Below the pieces are notes generated by a model that was not told where the DNA came from, did not search any database, and worked only from the letters and a program-made list of their open reading frames with translations. From Methanothermococcus sp. Ax23 (lineage in GTDB: Archaea > AGJL01 > Methanococci > Methanococcales > Methanococcaceae): 64,000 nucleotides of DNA. Shown piece after piece: positions 30,207 through 40,454 of this stretch. Numbering within the stretch: the stretch's first letter is position 1; every line of letters begins with the position of its first letter. The DNA lies in the NCBI RefSeq assembly GCF_049075655.1, contig NZ_CP157522.1, positions 480,001 to 544,000 on the forward strand, in the 5' to 3' direction. The translations under genes and the position numbers were made by a program.

Positions 30207-31988
30207 ATGGCAGATAGATTGGCTATTTTGGATTATGATAGGTGTCAGCCGAGAAGATGTTCAATGGAATGTATAAAATACTGCCCCGGAGTTAGAATGG
30301 GGGAAGAAACCATTGTTATGGATGAAGACATTGGAAAACCGATAATTTCAGAAGAATTATGTAGCGGATGCGGAATATGTGTAAAAAGATGCCCCTTTGA
30401 AGCTATTGCAATCATAGGTCTTCCAGAAGAGCTCACCGAAGATAAGATAGTTCATTCCTATGGTAAAAATAGGTTTAGGTTATACGGTTTAATAGCTCCA
30501 AGAGAAGGAGTAGTTGGTATATTAGGACCAAACGGTGTTGGTAAATCCACAATATTGGCAATATTAAGCGGAGCTCTCATACCAAATTTAAACAATATCG
30601 ATGAAGAACCAAATTATGACAAGGTAATAAAACACTTCTCAGGAACCGAGCTCCAAAAATATTTTGAAAATTTAAAAAATGGAAATATTAAACCTGTCCA
30701 TAAACCACAGTATATTGATGCTCTCCCAAAGGTTGTAAAGGGAACAGTTGGAGAGTTGTTAAAAAAGGTGGATGAGAAGGGACTATTTGATGAAATAGTA
30801 GATACTTTGGAAATAAAAAACATACTTGATAGAACCTTCGACCAATTGAGTGGAGGTGAGCTCCAAAGAGTGGCAATTGCCGCGGCATGTTTAAGGGAAG
30901 GGGATATTTATTACTTCGATGAACCATCATCATGGCTTGATGTAAGGCAGAGATTCAATGCTGCAAAGGTGATTAGAAAAATATCAGAAGAGGGCAAAAA
31001 GGTTGTTGCAGTAGAACACGATTTAATAGTTTTGGATTATCTCTCCGACCATATACATATTATGTATGGTATTCCTTCTGCCTATGGGGTTGTAACTCAC
31101 CCAAGAGGAACAAGGGTTGGAATAAATACATACTTAAATGGTTTTCTAAGGGAGGAGAATATAAGATTTAGAAAAAATCCAATAGTATTCGAAAAAAGAC
31201 CGCCAGCAAATTATTCAAATAGACCGTTGCTTTTGGAGTATTCAAAGGTTTCAAAAACCCTTGGCAATTTCAACCTGTCCGTTGATGGTGGAACAATACA
31301 CAGGGGAGAAGTAATAGGTATATTGGGACCAAATGGTATAGGTAAAACAACATTTGTAAAAATACTCGCTGGAATTGTTAAACCTGATGAAGGTAGTGTT
31401 TCAAGTGAAGATGTAAAGGTATCATACAAACCTCAGTATATTTCCTCAGATTACGATGGAACTGTTAGAGACCTTTTAATGAGTATAGCGAATATAAACA
31501 CATCATTCTATAAATCTGAGATAATAAAGCCGTTGAGCTTGGAAAAAATAATGGACTTTGATGTGAAAGACCTCTCTGGTGGTGAGCTCCAAAGAGTGGC
31601 AATTGCCGCATGTTTGAGTAGGGATGCAGATATATATTTAATAGATGAGCCATCGGCATTTTTAGATGTGGAGCAGAGGTTAAATGTATCAAGAACAATA
31701 AGAAGAATGGCGGATGAAAAGGATGCGGCAATGTTTGTAGTGGACCATGATATATTATTCCAAGATTATATCTCTGATAGATTTGTCGTATTCAGCGGTG
31801 AAGCTGGTAAAATTGGAAAAGGCTCTTCACCATTGGATAAAAGAAGCGGCGCAAATAAGTTTTTAAAAGAGATGAATATAACATTTAGAAGAGACCCCGA
31901 CACAGGAAGACCAAGAGTAAATAAAGAGGGAAGTCAGAGGGATTTATACCAGAAGGAAATTGGGGAATATTACTATGTGGATGAGTGA
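30207..31988 (+). CDS. Ribosome recycling ATPase ABCE1 (RLI)
   Basis: N-terminal Fe-S domain, two NBDs with LSGGELQR, C-terminal RRD..GRPRVNK. Confidence 0.96.
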   Translation: MADRLAILDYDRCQPRRCSMECIKYCPGVRMGEETIVMDEDIGKPIISEELCSGCGICVKRCPFEAIAIIGLPEELTEDKIVHSYGKNRFRLYGLIAPREGVVGILGPNGVGKSTILAILSGALIPNLNNIDEEPNYDKVIKHFSGTELQKYFENLKNGNIKPVHKPQYIDALPKVVKGTVGELLKKVDEKGLFDEIVDTLEIKNILDRTFDQLSGGELQRVAIAAACLREGDIYYFDEPSSWLDVRQRFNAAKVIRKISEEGKKVVAVEHDLIVLDYLSDHIHIMYGIPSAYGVVTHPRGTRVGINTYLNGFLREENIRFRKNPIVFEKRPPANYSNRPLLLEYSKVSKTLGNFNLSVDGGTIHRGEVIGILGPNGIGKTTFVKILAGIVKPDEGSVSSEDVKVSYKPQYISSDYDGTVRDLLMSIANINTSFYKSEIIKPLSLEKIMDFDVKDLSGGELQRVAIAACLSRDADIYLIDEPSAFLDVEQRLNVSRTIRRMADEKDAAMFVVDHDILFQDYISDRFVVFSGEAGKIGKGSSPLDKRSGANKFLKEMNITFRRDPDTGRPRVNKEGSQRDLYQKEIGEYYYVDE

Positions 31989-32252
31989 ATGGATTGATAA
32001 ATAACCATAATATATAGATTTATAAATATAAATTTTAATTCTTTTAAAACAGTTGCAAATATTTGCAACTAATTGTTTTTTTAAAATAATGGTTTTTAGG
32101 TGCTATATTTAATATTTAACACATATTATTAATATTCTAGACATGAAACTATTGTTAGAACTGTTTCAGATGGTAAAGTATATATACTAATAATGCAAAG
32201 TGTAATTTGTGAAAAAAATTAAAAATCCAAAAAAAATTGAGGGTGAAAAAAT

Positions 32253-33911
32253 ATGGCAATGAGCTTAAAGAAAATCGGAGCAATGGCAATTGGAGGAGCT
32301 ATGGTAGCATCCGCATTAGCAAGCGGTGCGATGGCAGCAGCTACAACATCAGGAGATGTTGCAGGATTCATGAAAAATGTAGTTAAAGACGGACAGCCAA
32401 ACGTAGATATTGTAGTTGGTTCAAACGCAGCAGCAATGGACGTTGTTTCAGCAGCTGACGTTGCAGCAAAAATCGGTTCAATGTGCTACAAAACAGGAGC
32501 AGTTACAGATGGAAGTGCTGATTTAAATGTTCATGTTTCATCAGATGCTAGTAAAGTAGAGTTCAACACAAGTAGTACTGGAAATATGACATATGCAGTA
32601 ACTCCGGATGATGGGGATTATCCATTAACAAGCGGTGTAAATTATAGTGGTAAGACATATTACGCATCTAACGACATTACAAAAACATTATCCACATTGA
32701 TGAAAATTGATGATGTAGATTTAAAAAATATTTATTCAGTAAATGATGACGATGGTATTGAATTAGGATTTTTCGCAATGAAAAATGAATCAAATGAGAT
32801 TGGTGTTGATTTAGTAGGTTATGCATCAATAGTAACTGCTGATTCCTCATTAAATACAAACAATACATACTTAGCCCCTGGAGTATTGATACCATTCTTA
32901 GGACAGCAATACATGTTTGTTAAAGCAGATGCAGACAATGAAGATTTAATAATCGGAAAATTAGCATATGATGGAGTATTAGGGGAAGGGGAAACCCAAG
33001 ATTTAGGAAATGGATACACGGCTAAAGTAAAGACAGTATTGGAATCCACTACAAGTGGAGCAGCTCCAAAAGTAGATGTCCAAATATTAAAAGATGGTAC
33101 TGTTGTAGCAGAGAAGTTTGATTATGCCAATGCTACAAAACCATTGGTATTAGTTAGCGGTCCTGTGGGAATAATAGTTACAAATGCATATAAAAACGTA
33201 GCAGCAACTACAGGATATGCTGATTTATATTTAGTGAAAGATGTAAAGAAATTACACTTAGGAGATAAGTACGAAGGAGATTACAAAATATATGCAGTAG
33301 TTCAAGATCCAACTAATAATCAAATAAAAATTGAAAAAACTACCGATATCACAGATAGCGGTGTGAGTATAAAAGGCGAAGGTAAAGTTAATAACAAGGT
33401 AATTTGTGGTATTGCATTAGTAGATGATACAGATCCTACAAAAGATGACAATATATTAAGCTCTAAGGGAGATGAATTCTCAGCAATAGATAATTACTTT
33501 AAATTAAAAGTAGATAAAGTTGTTGATTCTACCACTGGTACCTATAAAATATATGCTTATTCCGATGTATCAAAAGAAGCAACATTAAACATCGGTCAAA
33601 AAGAAAGTGTGTTAAATGCAGACATTACATTAAAAGGTCTCAAAGCAGATGCACAGCAAGCAGTTCCAGTAACAGCTCCAATTGCAAAATTAGACACAGA
33701 AGTTTCATTAGACAGCGGCAAAAACTTAATCTTAATTGGAGGACCTGTTGTAAACAAATTAACAAAAGAGCTCCAAGATGCTGGTAAAGTTTCAATCGAC
33801 AACACAAGCCCAGCAACATTAGCAGTTGTAGATGACAAAGTATTAGTTGTTGCAGGTGGAGACAGAGACAAAACAAGAGAAGCTGCATTAGACTTAATCA
33901 AAAACTACTAA
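32253..33911 (+). CDS. S-layer protein (Methanococcales type)
   Basis: MAMSLKKIGA.A.GGAMVA signal, IVVGS.AAAMDVVSAADVAAKIG, C-terminal LILIGGPVVN..VAGGDRDKT. Confidence 0.95.
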   Translation: MAMSLKKIGAMAIGGAMVASALASGAMAAATTSGDVAGFMKNVVKDGQPNVDIVVGSNAAAMDVVSAADVAAKIGSMCYKTGAVTDGSADLNVHVSSDASKVEFNTSSTGNMTYAVTPDDGDYPLTSGVNYSGKTYYASNDITKTLSTLMKIDDVDLKNIYSVNDDDGIELGFFAMKNESNEIGVDLVGYASIVTADSSLNTNNTYLAPGVLIPFLGQQYMFVKADADNEDLIIGKLAYDGVLGEGETQDLGNGYTAKVKTVLESTTSGAAPKVDVQILKDGTVVAEKFDYANATKPLVLVSGPVGIIVTNAYKNVAATTGYADLYLVKDVKKLHLGDKYEGDYKIYAVVQDPTNNQIKIEKTTDITDSGVSIKGEGKVNNKVICGIALVDDTDPTKDDNILSSKGDEFSAIDNYFKLKVDKVVDSTTGTYKIYAYSDVSKEATLNIGQKESVLNADITLKGLKADAQQAVPVTAPIAKLDTEVSLDSGKNLILIGGPVVNKLTKELQDAGKVSIDNTSPATLAVVDDKVLVVAGGDRDKTREAALDLIKNY

Positions 33912-34046
33912 ATTCTTTAACTTTTTTCTTTTTTTATTTAATAATATATTTATTAATTTAAATAATTAGATTAAAATTTTTAAATAATAATGCCCATAAT
34001 GAGAAGAATCTCATTAAAAGTGAAAAAAACGATATAGATAAATTAC

Positions 34047-34253
34047 TATAAACCGCCAAGAAGGTTCCAACAGCTTTTAGCTGTTGGACGAAAGGCGGTC
34101 ATTATATGAAAATAAAATATAACCAGTCCAAGTATCTATGGGTAGCGTTTGTAAATACTCTACTGTCTCAGAGTTTGGAAGTACATAAGGTAACCTTAAC
34201 CTCCTAATGAAGATAGGAGTAGTAGGCTTGGTAATTTAATAGGGTTAAAACCC
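34047..34253 (+). mobile_element. Diverged, 3'-truncated family 1 IS200/IS605 derivative (copy D)
   Basis: TTAC then tataaaccgcc..ccaacagc/gctgttgg..ggcgg left end; shares accagtccaagtatctatgggtag with copies A-C; right end absent. Confidence 0.78.
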
Positions 34254-34254
34254 A

Positions 34255-34330
34255 TAGCGGGGCGAAGATTTGAACTTCGGATCTCCGGGTTATGAGCCCG
34301 GCGGGATGGGCCTGGCTACCCTACCCCGCT
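34255..34330 (-). tRNA. Initiator tRNA-Met(CAT)
   Basis: A1-U72 pair, anticodon arm ccggg-ctCATaa-cccgg with three G-C pairs. Confidence 0.95.
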
Positions 34331-34417
34331 TCTTTTAACTTACTCGCAAAATAAAGAAGTAATATGTAATATATAAAGTTTATTGTTATGTGGTATAATT
34401 AAGCACAACCGTATCTA

Positions 34418-34603
34418 TTATTTAAAAAACATCATACCAACATAAATCGCCAATATTATCAGCATCATAAGAAAAAACATCTGCTGACTTCTAACCATTT
34501 TTTTTCTCTTTTTTAAATATTCTTCTTTGCATTTCTCAGAGCAGAACACTTCCTCAGGCGGAATAGATATTCCACAATTTAAACAATGTTTATGTTTTTC
34601 CAT
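34418..34603 (-). CDS. DUF2116 family Zn-ribbon membrane-anchored protein
   Basis: HKHCLNCGISIPP..FCSEKC plus C-terminal TM helix. Confidence 0.85.
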   Translation of the reverse strand: MEKHKHCLNCGISIPPEEVFCSEKCKEEYLKKRKKMVRSQQMFFLMMLIILAIYVGMMFFK

Positions 34604-34625
34604 AAAATGTCACCAAAATTACTTA

Positions 34626-35309
34626 TTACTCATCTGGAACTATTACAGTTCCATGATGCTCACCAGTTATGGCATTTAATATTTCACCCGGAGCTCCTTC
34701 AATTACCACAGTTTTTAATTTTGCCCTATCTATAATCTTAGATGCAAGTGGGTCGATTATGGACGAAGAGCCTGCGGCTATTGATGCAGAACCTGTAATA
34801 TTTAGGAGCTCTTTTGTTGTTATTTTTGTTAGTTTTTTTGCATCTTCATATTTTCTCGGGTCTTTATCATAGACTCCATCAACATTTGTAGCTATAACCA
34901 ATAAATCTGCGTTAATATACTCTGCCAGTGAAGCCGCTACTGCATCTGTTGTATGTGCAGGATGAGTCCCACCCATTACAACGATTTTATTTAGATTTAA
35001 AATCAATTCTGCTTCTTTAAAGTTTTCTGGAACCTTTTTTATAACATAATTTCCAAGAGCAGACATCAAAAGCATGCTGTTCATTCTTGTGGCTAGTATT
35101 CCTATTTCATCACAAAAAGCCTCATTTGTAAATTCTCTGGCAACAGAAATGTAGTTTCTCGCAGTATTTCCGCCGCCTACTACTATGCTCAATTCATTGC
35201 CCATGTCTTTTATTTTTTTAAATACCTCAGCATATTCTTTTAACTTATCTACCGACGCTCCTTCTTTTGGCATTACAACCGAACCGCCCAATGCAAAAAC
35301 TATCCTCAT
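34626..35309 (-). CDS. pyrH: Uridylate kinase
   Basis: LGGSV, VVGGG..AR.YI, D.IGI.ATR.N, TTDAVAA, NVDGVYDKDP. Confidence 0.95.
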   Translation of the reverse strand: MRIVFALGGSVVMPKEGASVDKLKEYAEVFKKIKDMGNELSIVVGGGNTARNYISVAREFTNEAFCDEIGILATRMNSMLLMSALGNYVIKKVPENFKEAELILNLNKIVVMGGTHPAHTTDAVAASLAEYINADLLVIATNVDGVYDKDPRKYEDAKKLTKITTKELLNITGSASIAAGSSSIIDPLASKIIDRAKLKTVVIEGAPGEILNAITGEHHGTVIVPDE

Positions 35310-35480
35310 ATTAAGACCTCTATATTAATTTGTAAATAAATATAAAAGTTAAAATTAATTTCTAAAAATTTTATAAACTAATATTATATAAATTATACAC
35401 TCATAACATAAAAATAAGTATCAAATTCTGGAAAAATAATAAAAATAGAAATAAAAATTAATTAGATAGATGCAAAGTAA

Positions 35481-35684
35481 TTACATTTTTAATGCCATTT
35501 TTACATCTTCAGCTTTTACTGTTTTTCTACCAGCATGTTTTGCTAATTCTGCGGATTCTTTTGCAATATCCATTGCAATGTCTTCTAATGCTTCAACTAA
35601 TACCTTAGCTGCTTCTTCACTTACTCTTTCAGCACCTGCTTTTTTTAATATTCTTACTACTGGTGCAACTGGAAGTTCTGCCAT
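35481..35684 (-). CDS. Archaeal histone (HMf family)
   Basis: [29 protein letters not shown]. Confidence 0.96.
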   Translation of the reverse strand: MAELPVAPVVRILKKAGAERVSEEAAKVLVEALEDIAMDIAKESAELAKHAGRKTVKAEDVKMALKM

Positions 35685-35859
35685 CATATCACCTCAGGGT
35701 TTTGTATTTTTAAATTTAGAAAAAGATATATATAAATCTTTCGGAAATAATCCATATTTAATCCTACATTCATCATATATGAACTACCCATTATTTGATT
35801 ACATATATTCAAGCACTGAGTCAATTAATTAATCAATAACATAATAATAACACGTCCCC

Positions 35860-36234
35860 CTGACCTACTCCAACGAGTGAACTCGTTGGGTTCTCGCTTA
35901 CGGTAGTAAGCGAGCAACGAAATCATGAAGTGATTTCGTCTAATTTTAGTAGGGTTTAACCCTACACGGGTGGCCAAGCCCACTACCCCTATCCCCGTTT
36001 AGGAGATTCAGGGCTACCTTTTGAATTTCCAACCACTACCAGCGGTAGAGTTTTCACTAACCCTACCCATAGATACTTGGACTGGTAGCGTTACTTACTA
36101 CTAATCTTCACATATTTATATTTTACTACTTACTAGCCGATATAATGTCCGCCTCTCATCCAATCTCATAAGAGATTTTACAAAACTATGTTTTGTATAA
36201 CGATTAAAATCGTTGGCTTTCCCGGCGGTTTATC
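35860..36234 (-). mobile_element. Non-autonomous IS200/IS605 derivative, family 1 copy B
   Basis: Reverse complement of 7017-7390 with few substitutions; preceded by TTTAC, ends TCAG. Confidence 0.85.
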
Positions 36235-36305
36235 GTAAAGTCATGGATATATTTTTATAAATTCATGTCGGTATAATAAATAGAGCATAATATTGTGGTG
36301 ATACT

Positions 36306-36869
36306 ATTAACATTAACAAAAAATTCAATAAAAAGGAGATAATTGAGTGGGCAGTTTTTTTAATTGTGCTCTTAATAGTTTGGACCCATGTAAATGTTGT
36401 TGTGTCCAACAGCATGTATCCTGTGATGGAGAGGGGAGATTTTGTAATCGTAGAAAATGCAAATTGGGAATTCAACCCAAACGATGTTCAGGTTGGAGAT
36501 ATTGTTGTATATAAAGCGCACTGGCCAAACTATAGGGAAAATAATATGGAATATATGACCAAAATAGACAATAAAACATTAATTGCATTTAACGGAAATA
36601 AGGTTAAACCAGTAATACATAGAGTTATTGAAAAAATAGAACTTAATGGTAATATTTATATTATAACAAAAGGGGACAATAACCCCACTTATGACCCGGA
36701 GCTCATATCCATAAACCAGATAAAACAGAGAGTTGTGTCGATAAATGGAAAACCGCTGGTAATTCCGCATATTGGATATATCTCAATATTACTAAAAGAA
36801 TACATATGGTTGGTAATATTGATAATTATAGTATGGTATGCCTACGATTATTTAAAAAAGAAAAAATAA
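36306..36869 (+). CDS. Signal peptidase I (S26B type)
   Basis: VVVSNSMYP.M.RGD, VIHRV, TKGDNN, IP.IGY; probable ATT start at 36306 behind GGTGAT (track start 36366). Confidence 0.9.
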   Translation: MNINKKFNKKEIIEWAVFLIVLLIVWTHVNVVVSNSMYPVMERGDFVIVENANWEFNPNDVQVGDIVVYKAHWPNYRENNMEYMTKIDNKTLIAFNGNKVKPVIHRVIEKIELNGNIYIITKGDNNPTYDPELISINQIKQRVVSINGKPLVIPHIGYISILLKEYIWLVILIIIVWYAYDYLKKKK

Positions 36870-36919
36870 GTAGAGAAAACAACATTAGGAATAATAAAAA
36901 GAAAATAAAAAGAAAAAAT

Positions 36920-38098
36920 TTAAATAATCTCTTTAAAGTATTTTAACAATGAAGGTGCTTTTCTTACTGCCTTAAATGCTATCTTTTTTACATCTACTTC
37001 TTCTAACTTTTCATCCATTGCATCAGCAAGTGCATTTAATTCCTTTTCAGTTAATTTTTGAAGAACATTTTTATATTTGAGCTCCGCCATTAAGATATCA
37101 TAATATTTTTCCTTCCATTTATTTTCGTATTCAATTAATGCGTCTTTGGAATAATTATTATTTTTAATACTTTTTGCCGCCACTTCACCAGCCATGGAAC
37201 CACAACTCATGGATAAATAGATTCCTCCACCAGACAATGGACTTATCTGTCCTGCGGCATCTCCAACAACCATAATATTATCATCCACAGTTTTTTCTAT
37301 TGGTCCTCCAACAGGAGCTCCCCCACATTTAAATTCGATTGGAGTAGCATCTTTTAATCTTCCTTCCAATATAGGATGCTCTATAAATTCATTCAAATAA
37401 TCTATTGCCTTTTTATTCTTGTCGATAACACCTAAACCAACATTTGCAGTATCTCCCTTAGGGAATATCCAAGCATACCCTTTTGGACATATCTCTCCAA
37501 AATAGAATTCCATCATTTCATTATCTAGCAATTTAACATTTGTCATTTCATATTCTGCACAGGAACATACCTGAGTTGGAATCTTTTTGGACTTTAAACC
37601 TGCCATTTCAGCAACAGAACTTTCAACCCCATCTGCTGCTATAACAATTTTTGCTTTTACAGTATATTCCTCTCCAAGATGATTGACCATTACGTCATAT
37701 CCATCGCCGTTATGTTCCAAGCCCACAACTCTACTTTTAACTGCCACCTTTGTTCCCGCTCTTGCACTCCTTATGGCGAGATATTTGTCAAATATCTTTC
37801 TTTCCACAATATATCCGTCCGTTTTTCCTCCTTTAACCTCTATTTTTTTACCATTTGGAGCTATTAAATATCCTCCTTTTATGTAGTTTCTCACAAACTG
37901 CGGGTCCGGCGATATTCCAAAATCTTCCAACCTCGGAACTGCCTCTGCACACCTTACGGGCTCACCAATTTCCTGAGATTTTTCAATTAAAAGTGTTTTT
38001 GCTCCATTTTTAGATGCATAATATGAAGCCATACTTCCTCCGGGTCCTGCACCAACCACAACCACATCATACTCAGCATTATTTATTAACTCTCTCAT
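36920..38098 (-). CDS. Digeranylgeranylglycerophospholipid reductase
   Basis: [34 protein letters not shown]. Confidence 0.92.
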   Translation of the reverse strand: MRELINNAEYDVVVVGAGPGGSMASYYASKNGAKTLLIEKSQEIGEPVRCAEAVPRLEDFGISPDPQFVRNYIKGGYLIAPNGKKIEVKGGKTDGYIVERKIFDKYLAIRSARAGTKVAVKSRVVGLEHNGDGYDVMVNHLGEEYTVKAKIVIAADGVESSVAEMAGLKSKKIPTQVCSCAEYEMTNVKLLDNEMMEFYFGEICPKGYAWIFPKGDTANVGLGVIDKNKKAIDYLNEFIEHPILEGRLKDATPIEFKCGGAPVGGPIEKTVDDNIMVVGDAAGQISPLSGGGIYLSMSCGSMAGEVAAKSIKNNNYSKDALIEYENKWKEKYYDILMAELKYKNVLQKLTEKELNALADAMDEKLEEVDVKKIAFKAVRKAPSLLKYFKEII

Positions 38099-38099
38099 A

Positions 38100-38264
38100 T
38101 TATTCCTCCAATGCATTTAATGGACATACTATCATGCACGATTTGCAGCTATTACATTTTTCAGCATCTATAACAATTGTATTTTCTATCAACTCTATTG
38201 CGAGCTTATTGCACACTCCTACACAGGCTCCACAATATCCACATTTTTCATGATTCACTTTCAT
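38100..38264 (-). CDS. 2x[4Fe-4S] ferredoxin, likely partner of the reductase
   Basis: [11 protein letters not shown] and [12 protein letters not shown]; abuts the reductase start. Confidence 0.9.
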   Translation of the reverse strand: MKVNHEKCGYCGACVGVCNKLAIELIENTIVIDAEKCNSCKSCMIVCPLNALEE

Positions 38265-38404
38265 AACTATCACTTTGATAATTAAATACACATATAAAAA
38301 TAGCTATTATTTCTTGTATTAAATTATATTTATAGATATTTAACATAATTTTTTATTATGTTATGATATTATATATTATTTAAAAAAGATATATCCTATT
38401 TTTA

Positions 38405-39073
38405 TTAAAATTCTATATTCTGGTTATTTGCCAATCGCGGAACCATAGCCATTAACACTGCATTTTCACATAAATCCATTCGGTTAATACCGCCATTGGT
38501 TAAATATCCAATTATTCCTTCTTTCTTTCCTATATTTTTTACATTATATATTTTTTCAGCCACAACCCCACATTCCTCTCCATGTTTCATTTCTTTAACG
38601 AGCTCCGCTGGCACTTGAAATCCCTGCGAAGTTCCAATGGTATAATTCAATCCATCAAAAATGGCACAAACATGAACATCTAAATATTTTCCACCGATTT
38701 CAACAAGACCTGCCTCTATACCAATTCCATACAGTGAAGGTTTAGCCTCAAATGCATATTTTGCCCTATTTATGGCTCCTTTGGCTGTCTCATCAAATCC
38801 TATTGGCTGTTTTGATACTCCACTATCGGCATCAACCCCCACCACAAGAACACTTCCTATTGTTTTTTCCATTGCCAACTCAACAGCCTTAACTTTAACA
38901 GGATTTTCACTTCCAACAGAAACCACTCTTAATTTATGCCCTGCTGGACCTCCTCTTAATAATTTTGCCTTCTCAACACATTCTTCACTACCACACACAA
39001 AACTTCCAAAAAGGTAGGTTATTGCAGGAGCTCCGCATATATCACATTTTTTATTTTCAAACATCTTTACCAC
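38405..39073 (-). CDS. yjjX: Inosine/xanthosine triphosphatase with N-terminal Cys4 extension
   Basis: VGSENPVKVKAV, SGVSKQP..ET..GA.NRA, GIEAG, G.IGYLT.G...R. Confidence 0.88.
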   Translation of the reverse strand: MVKMFENKKCDICGAPAITYLFGSFVCGSEECVEKAKLLRGGPAGHKLRVVSVGSENPVKVKAVELAMEKTIGSVLVVGVDADSGVSKQPIGFDETAKGAINRAKYAFEAKPSLYGIGIEAGLVEIGGKYLDVHVCAIFDGLNYTIGTSQGFQVPAELVKEMKHGEECGVVAEKIYNVKNIGKKEGIIGYLTNGGINRMDLCENAVLMAMVPRLANNQNIEF

Positions 39074-39119
39074 TTATTTAATTTATTATTATCATTAAGT
39101 TATTATTTATTTTATTAAT

Positions 39120-39827
39120 TTATTTGTTATCCACTACTACTTCCACACCATATCTTATTACATTGTTTTTTCTTAAATATGTCCTATATTCTGCAATTTT
39201 ATAGGGCATCTCCATTATATTTTTTGAATAATTAGAATCCATTGTAAGAGTATTTAAAAAACTTCTTAAATCATTTGGCGATTTTATATCGTATATATTC
39301 TCTGCACCGCTTGAAATTACAACGGGAGTATCGTATTTTTTTGCGAGAAATAGGTTTCTTCTAAATGCCCATAAAATTCTTGCCCTCTCGTAATATTTCT
39401 TTTCCAATAAACTCTTAAAATTCAGTTCAATTGCTACCCTGTGGGAGCTCCCCAATCTTGCAAGCACATGGTCAATACCATTGTCTCTTCTGTTTAGTTC
39501 TGGCGTGGATAAAATATCCACATCGTGCATTTCTAATGCCTTTCTACTAATTTTTATAACTCCACCTTCCACAAGTATAATATCCACTTTATTCCTATAC
39601 TTTTTAACAACCTTTGATAACTCCTTTGAAGATTTTGATGGTATTTTTATTCCAGAATATATTCTTAAACCGTGTTTTTCACCATACTCCTTAACACATT
39701 CTAATTTTTCATTGTCATATCCATCATGATGCTGAACAGCAACTGAACCATACCATCCCAACTCTTTAAGTAGTTTAATGCCTTCTTCATCAAATATGTG
39801 ATTGATATCTACGGGTTTAGTTATCAT
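39120..39827 (-). CDS. rnp3: Ribonuclease P protein component 3 (Rpp30)
   Basis: V.GG..R.A.E..VDIL..PE..G.DHVLAR..VAIE..SSGA..P.DL. Confidence 0.9.
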   Translation of the reverse strand: MITKPVDINHIFDEEGIKLLKELGWYGSVAVQHHDGYDNEKLECVKEYGEKHGLRIYSGIKIPSKSSKELSKVVKKYRNKVDIILVEGGVIKISRKALEMHDVDILSTPELNRRDNGIDHVLARLGSSHRVAIELNFKSLLEKKYYERARILWAFRRNLFLAKKYDTPVVISSGAENIYDIKSPNDLRSFLNTLTMDSNYSKNIMEMPYKIAEYRTYLRKNNVIRYGVEVVVDNK

Positions 39828-40005
39828 AATATCCTCTTCAAAACTGATGGAAAAATAAAATATAAAATAAATGAAAATAAAAAAGGAAGGATAATTTAAT
39901 ATATATTATATGTTTAAAAGCCATTAAAGCCATTTAAAATAAATATTCATGATTTATATAGTCTCCGAAATTCTAGATGTCGTATGCCCACCTATAAATC
40001 TGATA

Positions 40006-40305
40006 TTAATACTTCATCCTATCTTGGGGAGTTCTCACTTCCTCAATTATTCTTTTTCCTGCGGCAACTTCATCTATACTATGTATTACACCGTTCATTG
40101 ATTCTATTATTTCTTTTATTGGCTCATACTGTAAATCCATCCCTTCAATGGTAATTTTAATATTTTCTGTGGATTTATCTATTTCATAAACGGTAATATT
40201 TACACCATCTACTTCATTTAATGCACACAATTTTACCGCTAAATCCGTTAATTTGGGCTCATGTGTTTTTAAAACGTCCAACACTATTCTTCTTAGTCCC
40301 GGCAA
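40006..40305 (-). CDS. DUF211 family protein
   Basis: LRRIVLDVLK.H.P..GVNITV.EID..IHSIDEV. Confidence 0.88.
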   Translation of the reverse strand: MPGLRRIVLDVLKTHEPKLTDLAVKLCALNEVDGVNITVYEIDKSTENIKITIEGMDLQYEPIKEIIESMNGVIHSIDEVAAGKRIIEEVRTPQDRMKY

Positions 40306-40454
40306 TTTCTACTCCTCCAATTCAGTTATATATTATTTATTAATAAAGTATTTAATTTGATATATATAGTTAATGCAAACTATAAATTAATTTTTAAACA
40401 TCGATTGGTAAGTAATAATTATACCTTAAAAAGGGAATGGAGAATTATTTGTTA

